A DNA stretch of 64,000 bases from Octopus bimaculoides (taxonomy: Eukaryota): NCBI RefSeq assembly GCF_001194135.2, contig NC_068981.1, forward strand, positions 141,655,869 through 141,719,868. Direction: 5' to 3'. Made by a program: the position numbers and the translations under genes. Of this stretch, positions 1 to 13,954 are shown piece after piece. The stretch's first letter is position 1. Every line of letters begins with the position of its first letter. A model generated the notes under the pieces. It was not told the DNA's origin. It did no database searches and saw nothing but the letters and a program-made list of their open reading frames with translations.

Positions 1-199
1 CGTGAACGTGCGTGTTTGTACTCATAATGAAACTGAAAGTTAGTTAAGTAGCTATATACGAGATATAAGGAGAATTGGGATAATTGGTCGATAATTGGCA
101 GAAATGCATGATTCGAAAAACTGACAGAAATATTCACTGTTGTGTTGGAACTGTTCCACTATTGTAAGCCATGGATTCAAATCATGTAAATGGACAAGT

Positions 200-1075
200 T
201 CTGGGAAGGAATCATGTTGATGGTTCCCAAATCCACTTAGGAATGGACTACATGGGAGCTTTTCCTCTAAGGTTGCTTAGAAGTGGTGAATGGTTACATC
301 GCTTCCATCATAACTTACTCTCTAATCGCTGTAAATAGCTACAGTCTTCGTTTGGCTAGATCAGAGTCTGTGAAAGTGATGAGTTACACTGAACTAGTAA
401 TACATCTTTTGTCAGCATTCTGTGGAGAGCACTCTAAATCGGATCACGAACATGTGCAATCTCCGTGTATAAGACATATTTTTCTGCACCTTTTTTCTTT
501 GACGGAGTTGCCGTCCTGTGTCACGGTAGAGCAAGATTGGACGCTGACATATTTGATGTCATCAGGTGCTTCCAACAGTCTACAAGACAGACTTTGCGGT
601 CAATGGAAATGTCACTTAAACTATATGTAGAGAACTATTGCTAAATAAGAAGAATGATATTGTCGAGGAATCTCAAGGACATAATATTGACGAGGACGGA
701 CCAGTTGGTCTATTTCGGAGGACTATTTGGATGATAATAACAAGAGAAAATATCCAGAAATCCTTGGCTGGACGGTGCTACCAACCAGCAATCCTGGTTC
801 GAGATAATTTGTTCAGGTATGGAAGTGATGCCAGATTTCACTGTTTTTATTGCGCACAAAGTGACGAAAACTTATGAAGTTATAACGAACAGCAAAGGAC
901 TGAATCCATTTTCTCACCACCCGTCGCTGTTCAAGGAGAGCAGGTACTGTTCCTCCATTTGTTGACTATAATTTTACGTGAGACACCTGACTGAAGGAAA
1001 TGAGTACAGAAACATTTTATTTCGGTGAAGATCTCATCGAATTTTATTAAAAGTGGAAGCACAAATTATCCCCTA
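200..1075 (-). mobile_element. Degenerate RTE-clade LINE, reverse-transcriptase fragment
   Basis: Manual minus-strand translation gives frameshifted RT motifs in RTE order: LHRNKMF and GVSRKII (cf. IHRGKMF..GIPEKI), TG.VR.G..SPLLFVI (cf. TGVRQG..SPLLF), LRFLDNIILL (cf. LRFADDIVLL). Many stops and indels; boundaries approximate. Confidence 0.6.
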
Positions 1076-1185
1076 CAAAACATATCAACAATTGGCAGTC
1101 TTTGTAGAACGGATCAGAGTATATGGAACTATACTCTGAATGTGCCTTAAACACTGTATACTAACAGCTGGGCGTGGGATTGAAC

Positions 1186-1330
1186 CTAAGTGGTTAGGGT
1201 GATTGTGGATATGTGATTCGATTCCCAGACAAGTAATGCGTTGTGATCTTGAGGAAAGCACTTCATTTCATGTTGATTCAGTCCAACCAGCTGTAAAGTG
1301 GTACATCTATCACGTGCTAGATTTCCGTTC
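1186..1330 (+). mobile_element. tRNA-headed SINE, family C (old copy)
   Basis: tggttagggtg...ttcgattcccagac...aaagcacttcatttcatgttg aligns by eye with the copy at 54438-54715; A-box and B-box-like motifs present. Confidence 0.55.
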
Positions 1331-3186
1331 AGAGGGGATGTTGGCCTGCCTGTGGAGCACATCCTACGGAATCTACAACTATAATAGGAACCACATTGTG
1401 ACCAACGGTGTCTAGCAACATCCAATACTTTGATTGATAGACTGAAAAAGTGAAGTATACTTTCTACTTCACCTCCTCCTCCTCATCATCATCCTTAATA
1501 CAAAAGATGTTTTTGTGATGTTCCCCTTTTCATTTGCCTTCTACAGCAATTAAAATATATCATTATTTTTTTGGTTGTTGCTGGTATTATTTTTTATATC
1601 AATATTATTGTTGCTGTTGATATGCACTTATATAACTATCTCAACGTTATGCAATTCTGAAACTATAGAACTATAGAAATATCATTTATCATTAAGTCAT
1701 GAAGTAAATTTAAAAAGTGGAACCACTTAATTTCAATATTCTATTTTTCTCATACTTTTTAACTCATATATACAACATGCTTAGACGAAATTTGTCGCCA
1801 TGGGTATATTGGACAGGAATGTAATTCATTCATGTATATAACATCCAACCATTCATCTATCCGCCCGTTCATCTTCCCAGATACATACCTACATAAATAC
1901 GTGTGCGTTAATATGTGTATGTGAACTACGAGGACTTATTATTAATCATAAGTAATACATATATAAAATCATAACAACACAAACAAAGGAATTACACAAC
2001 TACTATACACTGAGAACGACATATGACTGAATGTATTTTAGTGTGTATGTGCCTGTATGGACGCCTTTCTTGCAGGCGAATAGTCATTTGTTATGGTATA
2101 TAAAGTGAAAACAGGAGATGTTGAAGTGTGGATTACTATATGTTAGCATATATCTGCTTTGGTAGTATTTCTAATGTGTAGTATATACATTAATAAACTT
2201 GTACCCATGAGTGATCTTGTGTTTGTCTGTTGGGTGTGAGTACTTGTATGCGTAATAGCCTGTTTGATTGTTTATAGGCATTTACTTGTAAGTGAGCTTG
2301 CGTGATTCTGTTGTTATGTCTTTTGTTGTTGTGTCTATACGTATGAGTAATAGTGAACTTTCTGTTCCTGTCAATTTCGCTTTCAGATCTGTAAGAAATG
2401 CGCAGAAAATAAGCAATATTATACATATTATTAATAAATATTTATCAAGTGTGCATTTCCTGTAGTTAACCTATATANNNNNNNNNNNNNNNNNNNNNNN
2501 NNNNNNNNNNNNNNNNNNNNNNNNNNNNNNNNNNNNNNNNNNNNNNNNNNNNNNNNNNNNNNNNNNNNNNNNNNNNNNNNNNNNNNNNNNNNNNNNNNNN
2601 NNNNNNNNNNNNNNNNNNNNNNNNNNNNNNNNNNNNNNNNNNNNNNNNNNNNNNNNNNNNNNNNNNNNNNNNNNNNNNNNNNNNNNNNNNNNNNNNNNNN
2701 NNNNNNNNNNNNNNNNNNNNNNNNNNNNNNNNNNNNNNNNNNNNNNNNNNNNNNNNNNNNNNNNNNNNNNNNNNNNNNNNNNNNNNNNNNNNNNNNNNNN
2801 NNNNNNNNNNNNNNNNNNNNNNNNNNNNNNNNNNNNNNNNNNNNNNNNNNNNNNNNNNNNNNNNNNNNNNNNNNNNNNNNNNNNNNNNNNNNNNNNNNNN
2901 NNNNNNNNNNNNNNNNNNNNNNNNNNNNNNNNNNNNNNNNNNNNNNNNNNNNNNNNNNNNNNNNNNNNNNNNNNNNNNNNNNNNNNNNNNNNNNNNNNNN
3001 NNNNNNNNNNNNNNNNNNNNNNNNNNNNNNNNNNNNNNNNNNNNNNNNNNNNGCGTAGAATGTGTGCAGTACCCAGTAGTGCAAATTTCTATATGTTATA
3101 TATATTTGTAAGTCCTGGTGTTTTTGTTATGTATTTGTCTGAATATTTTTTTATTATACCTAAGGCACCTACTATGATAGGAATTG

Positions 3187-3187
<1 letters not shown>

Positions 3188-3253
<66 letters not shown>
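3188..3253. repeat. (TTA)n microsatellite
   Basis: Perfect trinucleotide run; source of the poly-Tyr ORF. Confidence 0.98.
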
Positions 3254-3254
<1 letters not shown>

Positions 3255-3963
3255 GAAATCATAGCGGAAGAAGACATAATTCTCGTTTGATGTTTTGAAT
3301 CAATTTGCCATATCAAATTGTTTCGTTGACTGATTACAATAGGCTTTGATTTTAGGTGATCATTCATTTAAATTAGATAACCAATCGTGTAGATTAAATA
3401 ACTAGGAAGAATTTTAGTTGTATTCTGCGCGTGCTATTTCTAGAAAATTAACGGCTCACCGCTCTGGAACTTAGTTGAACCTAACCAGTAGTAATAGGCT
3501 TGTCTTAAAACTGAAATCATTGAAGTTATTAAATATGTAACGCCCTCTGAGCAACATACAGATTGATGCCCACATCAAATATATTTTCCTCAATGAACAA
3601 TTAAATTGATAATTTGTATCAAAGTTATAAAACCGTCATACTTCTAAAACTGTCATATTTCAATCGATATTAGTTTCGTGAATTCTATAAGACAATACCA
3701 GAAAATTCTAAATTTATGTTTCGTTTGTACAACATTTATTTGTATGAAAGCGGGCTTGAGTAGAATTAGATGAAGCAATTGTAGAATAAATGATAATTCA
3801 TTGTTGATAAGTTTATTTGAAGAAATATTAAAAGTCTAATTAGAATAACTATGCAGTTAAAATATATACGCTAAAAAAAATATACGAAATTTAGTACTAT
3901 CCTGAGCGCACGGATAACTCAGGATACGTTTCGGTATTACTCTGACCCCATATGTGATTCCTC

Positions 3964-3979
3964 TCACACTGTACGGGTA

Positions 3980-4023
<44 letters not shown>

Positions 4024-4461
4024 AAAGATCATTAAATTCATGTAAATATTGGGTTGTCCGGAAAGTTCGTGCCGATTTTCCAAAAGGTTCTTCTCACTCA
4101 GCACATGTGCTACCCAAACATCGTAGCGATTTGTGTACCCAAACTTTACCAGGTGCTCATGAAAGACGGATTTTGATAGGTTGATGCTTTCTGCCAATTC
4201 TCGGGTTGTGCAATGTGGATTATTCTCAATTAATGACTTGATTTGGTCATCATCTGTAGTGGATGGTCTGCCTGATTGCTCTTTATCAATAAGGTTACAA
4301 TCTCCAGCTCGGAACCTTGCGAACCACTTCCATACAGTTCTATCGGATAAAGAAACATCACCGTAAACTGTGCAATTTTTTTTGTTTGTTTGTGAGGCAT
4401 TTTTCCCTTTATGGAAAAAGAAAAGCATCAAGTGCCGAAAATGAACTTTCTTATCTTCCAT
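3964..4461 (-). pseudogene. Mariner transposase N-terminal DNA-binding domain only, no DD34D catalytic domain
   Basis: MEDKKVHFRHLMLFFFHKGKNA...WFARFRAGD...SGRPS...TTRELAE...WVAHVL (variant of WVPHEL) SEKNLL, then reads straight into the TIR and flanking (TAG)n. Confidence 0.9.
3981..4022. repeat. (TAG)n microsatellite
   Basis: Perfect trinucleotide run. Confidence 0.98.
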
Positions 4462-4642
4462 TTTAAAGGGTAACAGAATTAACACAGGTTAAAGAACATA
4501 AACCTTCTTCCACGAAAAGAAAGCTTAAACTGTGCTCTAAATGGAGGTGTAGTCAAATCCTATTGTATGGACTCAACCATGTTCTAAACTAAGTCGAAGA
4601 GTAAGCTACTATAAATCGGCACGAACTTTCCGCACAACCCAA
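4049..4642 (-). mobile_element. Internally deleted mariner element (594 bp) with 30-bp TIRs and TA target-site duplication
   Basis: Left TIR ttgggttgtccggaaagttcgtgccgattt (from 4049); right TIR aaatcggcacgaactttccgcacaacccaa (to 4642); one mismatch; TA at 4047-4048 and 4643-4644. Confidence 0.95.
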
Positions 4643-4900
4643 TAATTCGGGTTGAAGGAAATTATTGGATACATGAAGGATAATTATTGAATAGTTCAGT
4701 GACGGCATCAGAATTAAAGTTGTTAAGATAGTGTCAAATATGTTTAAGGTAGGGAGGTGTATTCAAAAGCTTGCGAGAAATATTTATACGTTATAAACAA
4801 TTCTATTGGACAGCATCTAACAATATTTGTGTTTTTCAAACCAGTTTCTGATTTACTTTTATCTAATATTCAACTATTGTTTTCCATATAAATTTATGTA

Positions 4901-5777
4901 TTGGGTCATCCCATAAATAATACGGTTTTTCATTTCTAATCTAGAATAAACTCTCCTGTATTTTCTACAATGCTCTTCCATCTATCTGGTAGAATTGCAA
5001 GGCCCCTCTTTCAAAATTCTTTTGTCCGTGACGAAAAATTCTCCTCCAGTACTGTTCACACCTCATCTACAGAATTCGTATTTTTCTGTTCAAATCATTC
5101 TGAAAACCACGGAATAAATGATAATCAGATTGTACAATGTCCATCGAATATGGTGGGTGGGGCATCATTTCCCATTCAAACTGCTACAGCATTTGGAATG
5201 TCATTCGCACTGTAGGTGGCCGAGTATTATCCTGATGAAAGAACAAAGATGGTAGCTGAAACCAAATATGGTCGTTTTACGATGGTACGCGTGGTCGATG
5301 AATATTTGAATGACCAAATCTAAGCTTCTCTTCTAGTTCCTCAGCAGTTACGATGGGATTTTTTTTCCCACCAGGTTTTTCAGGACGTCCTTGTCAAGCT
5401 TTACAGATCTTCCTGGACGAAGCTTGTCTTCTAGGCTGTAGTTTCCAGCTCGGAATTTCTGGAACTACCGTTGACAATGGCTTACGGTAATTGCCCGATT
5501 CCCATATACTGCATTAATATTCCTCACACTTGTTGCCTTTATTGAACGCATAAAGCAAAATATGCCGAATATGCTCCTTTGTTACTTATATTAAAGCTTT
5601 AAAAAAATAAATTTTAAAATCAAAGTGCAATCTTCAAAACTTCCACTAAGAATAAGTACAATGTGAAATTACTACCTGCTTTTACAGCAAGATGATGCAG
5701 GTAGATTAGCCCGACCCCCACTTCCGGCTTTTAGTTCACGAAGTTGAAAAACCCGCATTATTTATGGGATGACCCAA
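4901..5777 (-). mobile_element. Second internally deleted mariner element (877 bp), different family
   Basis: TIRs ttgggtcatcccataaataat... at both ends; TA at 4899-4900 and 5778-5779. Minus strand: KEHIRHILLY..FQKFRAGNYSLED..RPGRS, then after a deletion FFHQDNTRP..HPPYSMDIVQSDYHLFR..RWKSIVENTGEFILD*; several stops. Confidence 0.93.
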
Positions 5778-7879
5778 TATTTAGAGATAAATGTTTTAAC
5801 TAACCCTGCGTTAAATAATTTGAAACTAATTTAACTATTGTTTCTTGATTCAGGAAGTATCTCTGAATAATAACAAGCAGCCTTAGAATTCTGCATTATT
5901 TAGTAGTTTTTGTTACCAAATATAAAGTTGTACATCATGTAATTATGACACTTCTGACTGGTCGTAAATTTCGTCTATTAAACAACACCTTCCTTCTAAT
6001 GAAGCTGCATTTTTTCGTGATTATACAGAAGATAGATAAATGACAAATCAATAATAAACTGTAGTTCATAAATTTCAAATAATATATCTCAGAGTGATTT
6101 TAAGAATTCGACAGAATACACGTCATTGAGAAAAGGACGCAGAATATTTTGAATGTTTATAATTATAGGAGATTTTAAAGTAACTGGAGAACGATGTTGT
6201 TGTTGGTGTCAGCTCTACACAAGTTGACCAATAATAAATGATTTCCAGTTATGACCATCTACATTATTCAGCCTACATTATTCAGTGTACCATTCCATTT
6301 GTAAGATAAAATATAGTTTGATCTAAATTTCACTCCCCATTTCTAGCATCACTACAAGGTAGAGAAAGTTGGATAAATGGAAAATAGATGTCCGTATTTT
6401 AATTATGGCATTAAATGTTTCAACGATGGAACGTATTTCAGGGCTTTGCTTTTGTTATTTGAAAGGCTAGAAGTGGTTCATATACCACCACTGTATAATT
6501 ATCGTGTAGTTCCATTATGTAGTGCATTTTATATTTTTAATATATAATAATCTATTAACAGAGACAGCATTTCAAGAGAAGCGGTAAAATGTTGGATGGA
6601 ATTCCGACTCTCTGCTATCTGAGTCTGAATACAATGAGAAAGACTTCGTCATTCGTTCTCGAATGAAGATAAAGAAAATTATATGTCCAACTTCATAGAG
6701 AAACGAAATTGTAAGAGCATCTGATAGGATGCCTTCTGGTCTCTGTTCCGACTCTGTTGAATTCTGGTTCCAAATCCTGCCTCTTGAATGGAAAATGGTA
6801 ACATTTCTGTCAGAATTGGTACAGACAGATAGCTGGATAAATTAGAAAAGCCAGTGGAAACATTTTCCTTAGTTGAATCGGAAGATTGGCTGCCACGATT
6901 ACATATATTAGCAGTCATCTCTCACTGGGGATTAATTGATAACAATGCAAATGACTGTTGTCTTCTCGACAAAAGAATACAAAACATTAATTTCTTCCTA
7001 GACAGGTAGAAATTTTAATTATTGCCTATTTCCTTAATAAATTCTATTTGACTAACACGTAATGATCAATGATTTAGTCTAAATTATTCAAATGATAATG
7101 CGATATTTTATTTTGTTATTTATATCATTTTGTTTCTGTTTAAAATGGTTTTAATCTCTCTTATAAACAACAATGTATATAGCAACAGAAATAACATATC
7201 CACTAAGTGTTTCTTTCCAATGAAAGCAAAAAAAAAAAAAAGAGAAATGCAAATGGGAAGCGAAATAAAGTTAACAAGAAGCTAGCACATTACGTAATAC
7301 ATATATATGTACACTTACACATACGCATAATCGAACACACATATAAGCAAACACACACAGAAAACAAGCACAGGTACACACGCACACACACATACATCAA
7401 ACTTTGTTGGTTAAGAGTATATTGATTATATTCGATTACTTGCCGAAACGACTTTTTATAAAAGTCATATATATTTGTCTATTTAAGATTATGTATAGAG
7501 ACGACTGTATTCCTTGTAATAATGTGCTATATTTTCCTCAACAATTCGGAGAACAACGCGGGAATAGAAGCAGTTGCAATAATGACTTTCTCTTGTTAAC
7601 TCTTACAAATAAATATTTCTCCTTGATGATATACGCTATGACATCTTAAATTTAAAACACAGCATTAAAGTGACGTTCATTTGTTCTTATAATATCCCTG
7701 CCACTGTAACAATAACGTAGTCAGCTGTCATGATTGTATGAGTTGGGAGATTTTTTTCCTTGCATTGCTTATCATTTGATGCATGAATTTTGTTACAAGA
7801 AGACATAAACACTTTCTCCCACACCCTTCATCATGTTTTGGATGTCACAGCTGCATGAAGGGGGAGGAATTCATTGGAA

Positions 7880-7965
7880 GACTGTAACAACGTGAAATTA
7901 TCTACATTGCTCAAAGACAGAATGTGGTTGCTGGTCCAGAAATTGAACAACCTCACCTCTAGGTG
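7880..7965 (-). mobile_element. SINE head remnant (family C-like)
   Basis: ttgctcaaagacagaatgtgg...aaattgaacaacc resembles the reverse complement of the B-box region of family C copies. Confidence 0.35.
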
Positions 7966-8041
7966 ATGTGCATTCACATAACGTTTTCCATATGCGTGTT
8001 TATATGTATGTGTAAATATATAATATGTGTGTGTATCTTTA

Positions 8042-8074
8042 GCTAGACAGACAGACAGACAGACAGATAGATAT

Positions 8075-8107
<33 letters not shown>

Positions 8108-8108
8108 C

Positions 8109-8161
<53 letters not shown>

Positions 8162-8162
8162 T

Positions 8163-8215
<53 letters not shown>

Positions 8216-8220
8216 CAGAT
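8042..8220. repeat. (GACA)n/(GATA)n tetranucleotide microsatellite
   Basis: Seen directly. Confidence 0.98.
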
Positions 8221-10392
8221 TGCTTCTTTATTGTGACCGACTATTCACCATCATACTTTTGTTCTATAATCTAGTGAGTGGTACTTGTCACTCTTCTGAT
8301 TTTAAGAACGTTCCAAGAAATTAACAGTGACTTCTGATGCTGTTTCTATTTCTTCGCATCTGATGCTAAAGATAATAAACAATATCCGGTTTATCGAGCA
8401 GTATAATGTAACTTTCCTTTTTTGCTTTGAAAATCCAGATGTCCGCTCTCGATGTAATGTCTCTCGTCTGATATAACGTCGGGGTTTCATAAATTTGTTA
8501 GAGTAGTGAAAATTCTTTAGAATATTTAAAAACTTCTTTTTCTGTTTATAGTTGTGAATATGTGTGTAACAGCATTATGAGAAAAATCGCCATCTTTTGC
8601 GTAAATTGTCATGAATATGTGATGTGATTCCATTTCAAGCACCATATCAGCCCAGATTCAGCAGAACTAAGATTCCACGTGTAAACAGGACTGCATTGTG
8701 AAATGTATCATTTTAGAAAGTTTGAAAAGTGAAATGTGTATGACATGACTGGTATTTCTATTAGGTTGAACCACCTTGAAATTTTATTAGTGCTAAAGAG
8801 TTGTTTAGACTTCACATTATGGTGCAACTCACGTCGAAGCTTCTGTGTTAAAACCACAACTGATCCTTAGATTGTTTGGTCTTTCCATTTCGTTGACTTA
8901 AGGTTTCGTTATTTATGTATATTCGCCGTTGCCTTGATTAGAAGGAATTCATTCGAACGTCCGCAGTTTTCTTACATAATCCATAATAATATTTTAGATC
9001 TTTCATGTAAATTTAGTGATGTAAAAAGGGTGTATTTCGAAATTTCAAAAGTTGTTAGAAACATACAGTTTCAGTGGTATATCAGGTGTTGAAAGCATTT
9101 CACTATTTGCACATACAATTTATGGTTAATTCTTTTGGATACAGACCAACTCACCGATACCATTATAAACTCTAGCTTGGGGCACGGCATTTTGTCATTC
9201 TATTATATGTTAAAACTGCTACTATAATCTCTGCTAATAGGAATGCTTTTTTTTCTTCTCGTCTAGACGCAAGCCCAAGTGAATTATTTCAAATTCCTTT
9301 ATTTCTCCCCCTTTTATTTATTATAATTTTTTTTTTGGTTTTTGATTTTGTTCCTATCGTTGAATCGATTCTATCACTATGTTAGTCAAATTGACTCTGT
9401 ATTCCTATTTCTTGATCGACTCAATCATTTAAAATTCCCTCCCCACATGTTTTCCATGCAGAAGAGATCTTTAGGTGTCCTGCTGAATCTTTGTATACGT
9501 GTTAAGACAAATATTCATTCCTTCTGACTTAATGTTGTCAAACATAATTCGTCATGTACACGATATAAATAAAGAGGATAATATTGAGCTATAAACAAAG
9601 AGGGTAATGGTGAGCTATCAAATGCAAATTGAGGAGCATTCAGCTCAGCTATCTTTTATGACGGTTCCTTCTTTCAACACTATAACCTCCACTTATGAAA
9701 GTTGTGGTAACCAATCTAGCTTTCCTATATCTAATGCAAACTTTACTTTGCTAAAAAACAATATCTGCATCTTACTCAATATCAAAGAGAATCCACTACT
9801 CTAATGATCAAATGTACGATTGTCAGCCACTACTTTAGATAGATTTACTTATTGATCAATAGGAAAAAAATAACTATTTCTCTATTTTAAACGTAAAATT
9901 ACTTCGAAACACCCTAAGATATCTTTTACACATTACGCTTTCAAGAGAAATATCCCGCATGTCTGAAGTCCTTCTGTCTCCAGTTTCTCTACTTATTTAT
10001 TTTTCGTTTAAAATATATTATTGGACTCTTACTTAGAAGTATATATGCGTATGGTTTCCAACTCATTCAACATAACAGTATATTTATGAATATTTATATG
10101 AAGAAATATTGGTTTTTGTTGGCGACATCGGAATGATATAACATATGTATCAAAAACTTTCTCTTATGATACATTATTAATCGTATTCATATGAATTATT
10201 TGTTCCTGTTTCTCTTTGACTTGGCGAGCTTTCTTTGTTGATATTAAATAAAAATATATATGTTACATATACAGCAGGCATGCACGTGAGGTATATATCT
10301 GTTTCTATGTGTGTGAATCTGTGTAACCATATTGCCTGCCAAACATATTAACATGTGCAAGATTAAAAGCTTAAAAACACCTAAATACGAGC

Positions 10393-10489
10393 ATATATAT
10401 ATATATGTGTATGTGTATGTGTGTGTGTGTGTGTGTGCGTGTGTGTGTGTGTATGTATATGTGTATGTGTATATATACATATATGTATA

Positions 10490-10526
<37 letters not shown>

Positions 10527-10567
10527 CATGTATATATACATAATATATATACTTATATATATAATAT

Positions 10568-10599
<32 letters not shown>

Positions 10600-11326
10600 N
10601 NNNNNNNNNNNNNNNNNNNNNNNNNNNNNNNNNNNNNNNNNNNNNNNNNNNNNNNNNNNNNNNNNNNNNNNNNNNNNNNNNNNNNNNNNNNNNNNNNNNN
10701 NNNNNNNNNNNNNNNNNNNNNNNNNNNNNNNNNNNNNNNNNNNNNNNNNNNNNNNNNNNNNNNNNNNNNNNNNNNNNNNNNNNNNNNNNNNNNNNNNNNN
10801 NNNNNNNNNNNNNNNNNNNNNNNNNNNNNNNNNNNNNNNNNNNNNNNNNNNNNNNNNNNNNNNNNNNNNNNNNNNNNNNNNNNNNNNNNNNNNNNNNNNN
10901 NNNNNNNNNNNNNNNNNNNNNNNNNNNNNNNNNNNNNNNNNNNNNNNNNNNNNNNNNNNNNNNNNNNNNNNNNNNNNNNNNNNNNNNNNNNNNNNNNNNN
11001 NNNNNNNNNNNNNNNNNNNNNNNNNNNNNNNNNNNNNNNNNNNNNNNNNNNNNNNNNNNNNNNNNNNNNNNNNNNNNNNNNNNNNNNNNNNNNNNNNNNN
11101 NNNNNNNNNNNNNNNNNNNNNNNNNNNNNNNNNNNNNNNNNNNNNNNNNNNNNNNNNNNNNNNNNNNNNNNNNNNNNNNNNNNNNNNNNNNNNNNNNNNN
11201 NNNNNNNNNNNNNNNNNNNNNNNNNNNNNNNNNNNNNNNNNNNNNNNNNNNNNNNNNNNNNNNNNNNNNNNNNNNNNNNNNNNNNNNNNNNNNNNNNNNN
11301 NNNNNNNNNNNNNNNNNNNNNNNNNN

Positions 11327-11399
<73 letters not shown>

Positions 11400-11580
11400 A
11401 TATATATATACCATATATATGTGTGCGCGTGAGTGCCTGCATGTGTTTGGATATGTACACTATATATATGGAGATAGATAGGGAGATATGTACATACATA
11501 CATACAGATATTCGTACGCACACAAAAAGCACAAACACAAACACACACGCACACACACAAACACACATACATATATATGC
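10393..11580. repeat. Compound (AT)n/(GT)n microsatellite field around an N-gap
   Basis: Seen directly; explains the overlapping YI/CV/HT ORFs. Confidence 0.95.
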
Positions 11581-13341
11581 ATACCTATGCAAGTTTACCT
11601 CTATGCTTTCCATGTGTATGTGTTCCTTTGTTCCTTCTTTCTATGTCTCCCTATTTGACGAATCTTGTTTGCAATATTTCACAAATGAGTGTTGTTTTTT
11701 TTTTACTTTTTCTTCATATTCATGTTCTAGCCTAAAACATTTTTTTCCAAACGTGACGCCTACCACATTGTGGCATGAGTGTTTTTTAGTATTCAATAAG
11801 GACAAATAACAATTGAAAATTGTTATGATAAAATAGGAATAGAGCATATTTTCTATGGGATATTTGAATGGTAATTGTTAGATGAGTATATTTACCGTAA
11901 AACTTACTTCTGTTTTCCCATGACATAATGTGATATGGATGAATACATTTTTTAATACGTCTCCTTAAAGCGGAATGTCAAATTGATACGTGTGTTCAAA
12001 AAACAGGACCTCCTGAAATTATAGGTAAACCTGTTTGAGAGTCTGAGCGATGAACGACCCTACCTGATTTGATCATATGAGATGACGTGAATTTATTACA
12101 TTTAAAGTATTTAAATAACGTTAAATGATTTGACAGGAAAATCGTTTGCATAAACGAACTGTGTAGCACTTGGAAGAATGACAACATGGCTGCAAGACAT
12201 ATAGTTGTTTGGTGATATTACAGCCAAATTCCGACATTTATCCACTTTCAGTGTCGTAGATTGAAGAATCATAGGTAAAACTATTGCTTTATGTCGGTAC
12301 TGTTCTTCAGATCTAGATTGGCCTGTATCCAGCCGACAATTGATCAAAGATTTTTCAGACATCACAGTTATTCACTTCATTCACACAGACATACTGCATT
12401 ACTATAAATACATTTTCTTATATTTTCATCCTTTTTAAGGATAGCAGAGAGGGAATTTTGAGATACTTAGCTTATTCGCCTCGCTGATTGCGCAAGCACG
12501 TGTAGAAATTAGTTCGCTTTAACTGTAGGGAGAACTGTTACTGGTACTACATACATTCCAACACTCTAGTTAAGATTACCGTACTCACAGTTAGCCGACT
12601 GCAGTCTACTTAATCCTAATGCATTCTATCAAGCGCTACTACAATATAAACATCGATGATTTAAAATAATGTAAAACGCCCGTACACACACCAATATAGA
12701 AAACGTATTCAAACAAACGATACCACGAGAAATCTTCCTTAACAACACGGCGGAAAATTTTAATGACCGAAAATGATAACAGCTCCGGCTGAAACCGGAT
12801 ATATGTCAGTCCTAATTTGGTCCTACAGTAATGTAACAAAACATCAGAGCGATGAAGAAAACATAAATGAAAGCTTGCTTCTGAAGAATTCTTTCATGTT
12901 GAAACAATGAAAATCAATAGTGCGATGAAGTCGGTCGTATAAAAGGCTTGTTCAATATTTTTGTTGGTGTTGTTTTGTTGGTTCATCCATGGAGAAAAGA
13001 ATTAATGTCGTCGTTCTTATTGATTTATATCACCCTTAAAAACAGATCATTATTATATAGTGGAAACTTTCCCAGGATTAATAGGCTTCAGTTTCAAACG
13101 GTAGTAAGTGTATACTTGTATCAATGTATATATGTAACTATGTATATAAAAATAATTCAACTTATTCTATATATATATGTATGTATANNNNNNNNNNATA
13201 TATATACATATATATATACATATATATACATATATATACATATGTATGCATGTATGTATATATATGTGTATATATATACATATATATTTATATCTATATG
13301 TATATATATATATAAATATATATATATATATGTATATATAT

Positions 13342-13381
<40 letters not shown>

Positions 13382-13954
13382 GTGTGTGTATGTGTGTATG
13401 TATGTGAATGCGCATGTATGTTTGTTACAGCTTAGATAGTAATAGATTAGTAAACAACCAGAACTTCGTATAGCACAACATTTCTAACATCATTCACCAC
13501 GTTAAACTTTACAATAGCATACAAATGATAAAGCACACAATACCATTCGAAGTGGGTATAATGTTGTGCAGCAGTCAGCTGCTAGTATTAGAAATTCTAT
13601 CTATCGATATGAGAAAACTAAAGCCAATGCAGTATATGGCTTAGATTCAATTACAGCTGTTGCGACTGGCTCTTTCGTAACATGTTCGGTGAATAGTGAA
13701 CTTTCTTATCGTTTGTTTTATTGCTATTATTTCTTTAATTTTGAATTAAGACCAGTTTCATTTTAGCAAATTTTATAAACCCTAACCTATCTAGCCAAAA
13801 GTATAGTTATAATCTTGTGCATACGCATAACTCAAAATACTGACGTGCAAGAATATTTCTGAGTGCGGATACAGAATCGGCATTTTGTCTAAAACACATA
13901 CTTTTACACCAGTTGCAAAATCTTTGTTGTCCAGTGGTATTGATCTATGCAGGA

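Noticed and set aside
6562-7000. Possible exon in unique sequence (minus-strand acceptor at 6997; open frames of 80-90 codons)
   Set aside because: Frames from the acceptor hit stops early and no peptide is recognisable; cannot be supported without expression data.
10371-11809. Long ORFs of 150-410 aa here and at 32465-33449, 38828-39627, 49625-50476, 55894-56658, 61922-62821
   Set aside because: Open only because of N-runs and dinucleotide repeats (YI, CV, HT peptides); no coding signal.
12000-13110. Possible promoter or first exon (tataaaagg near 12938, donor-like sites at 12588 and about 13105)
   Set aside because: Short motifs expected by chance in AT-rich DNA; no consistent reading frame or recognisable product.
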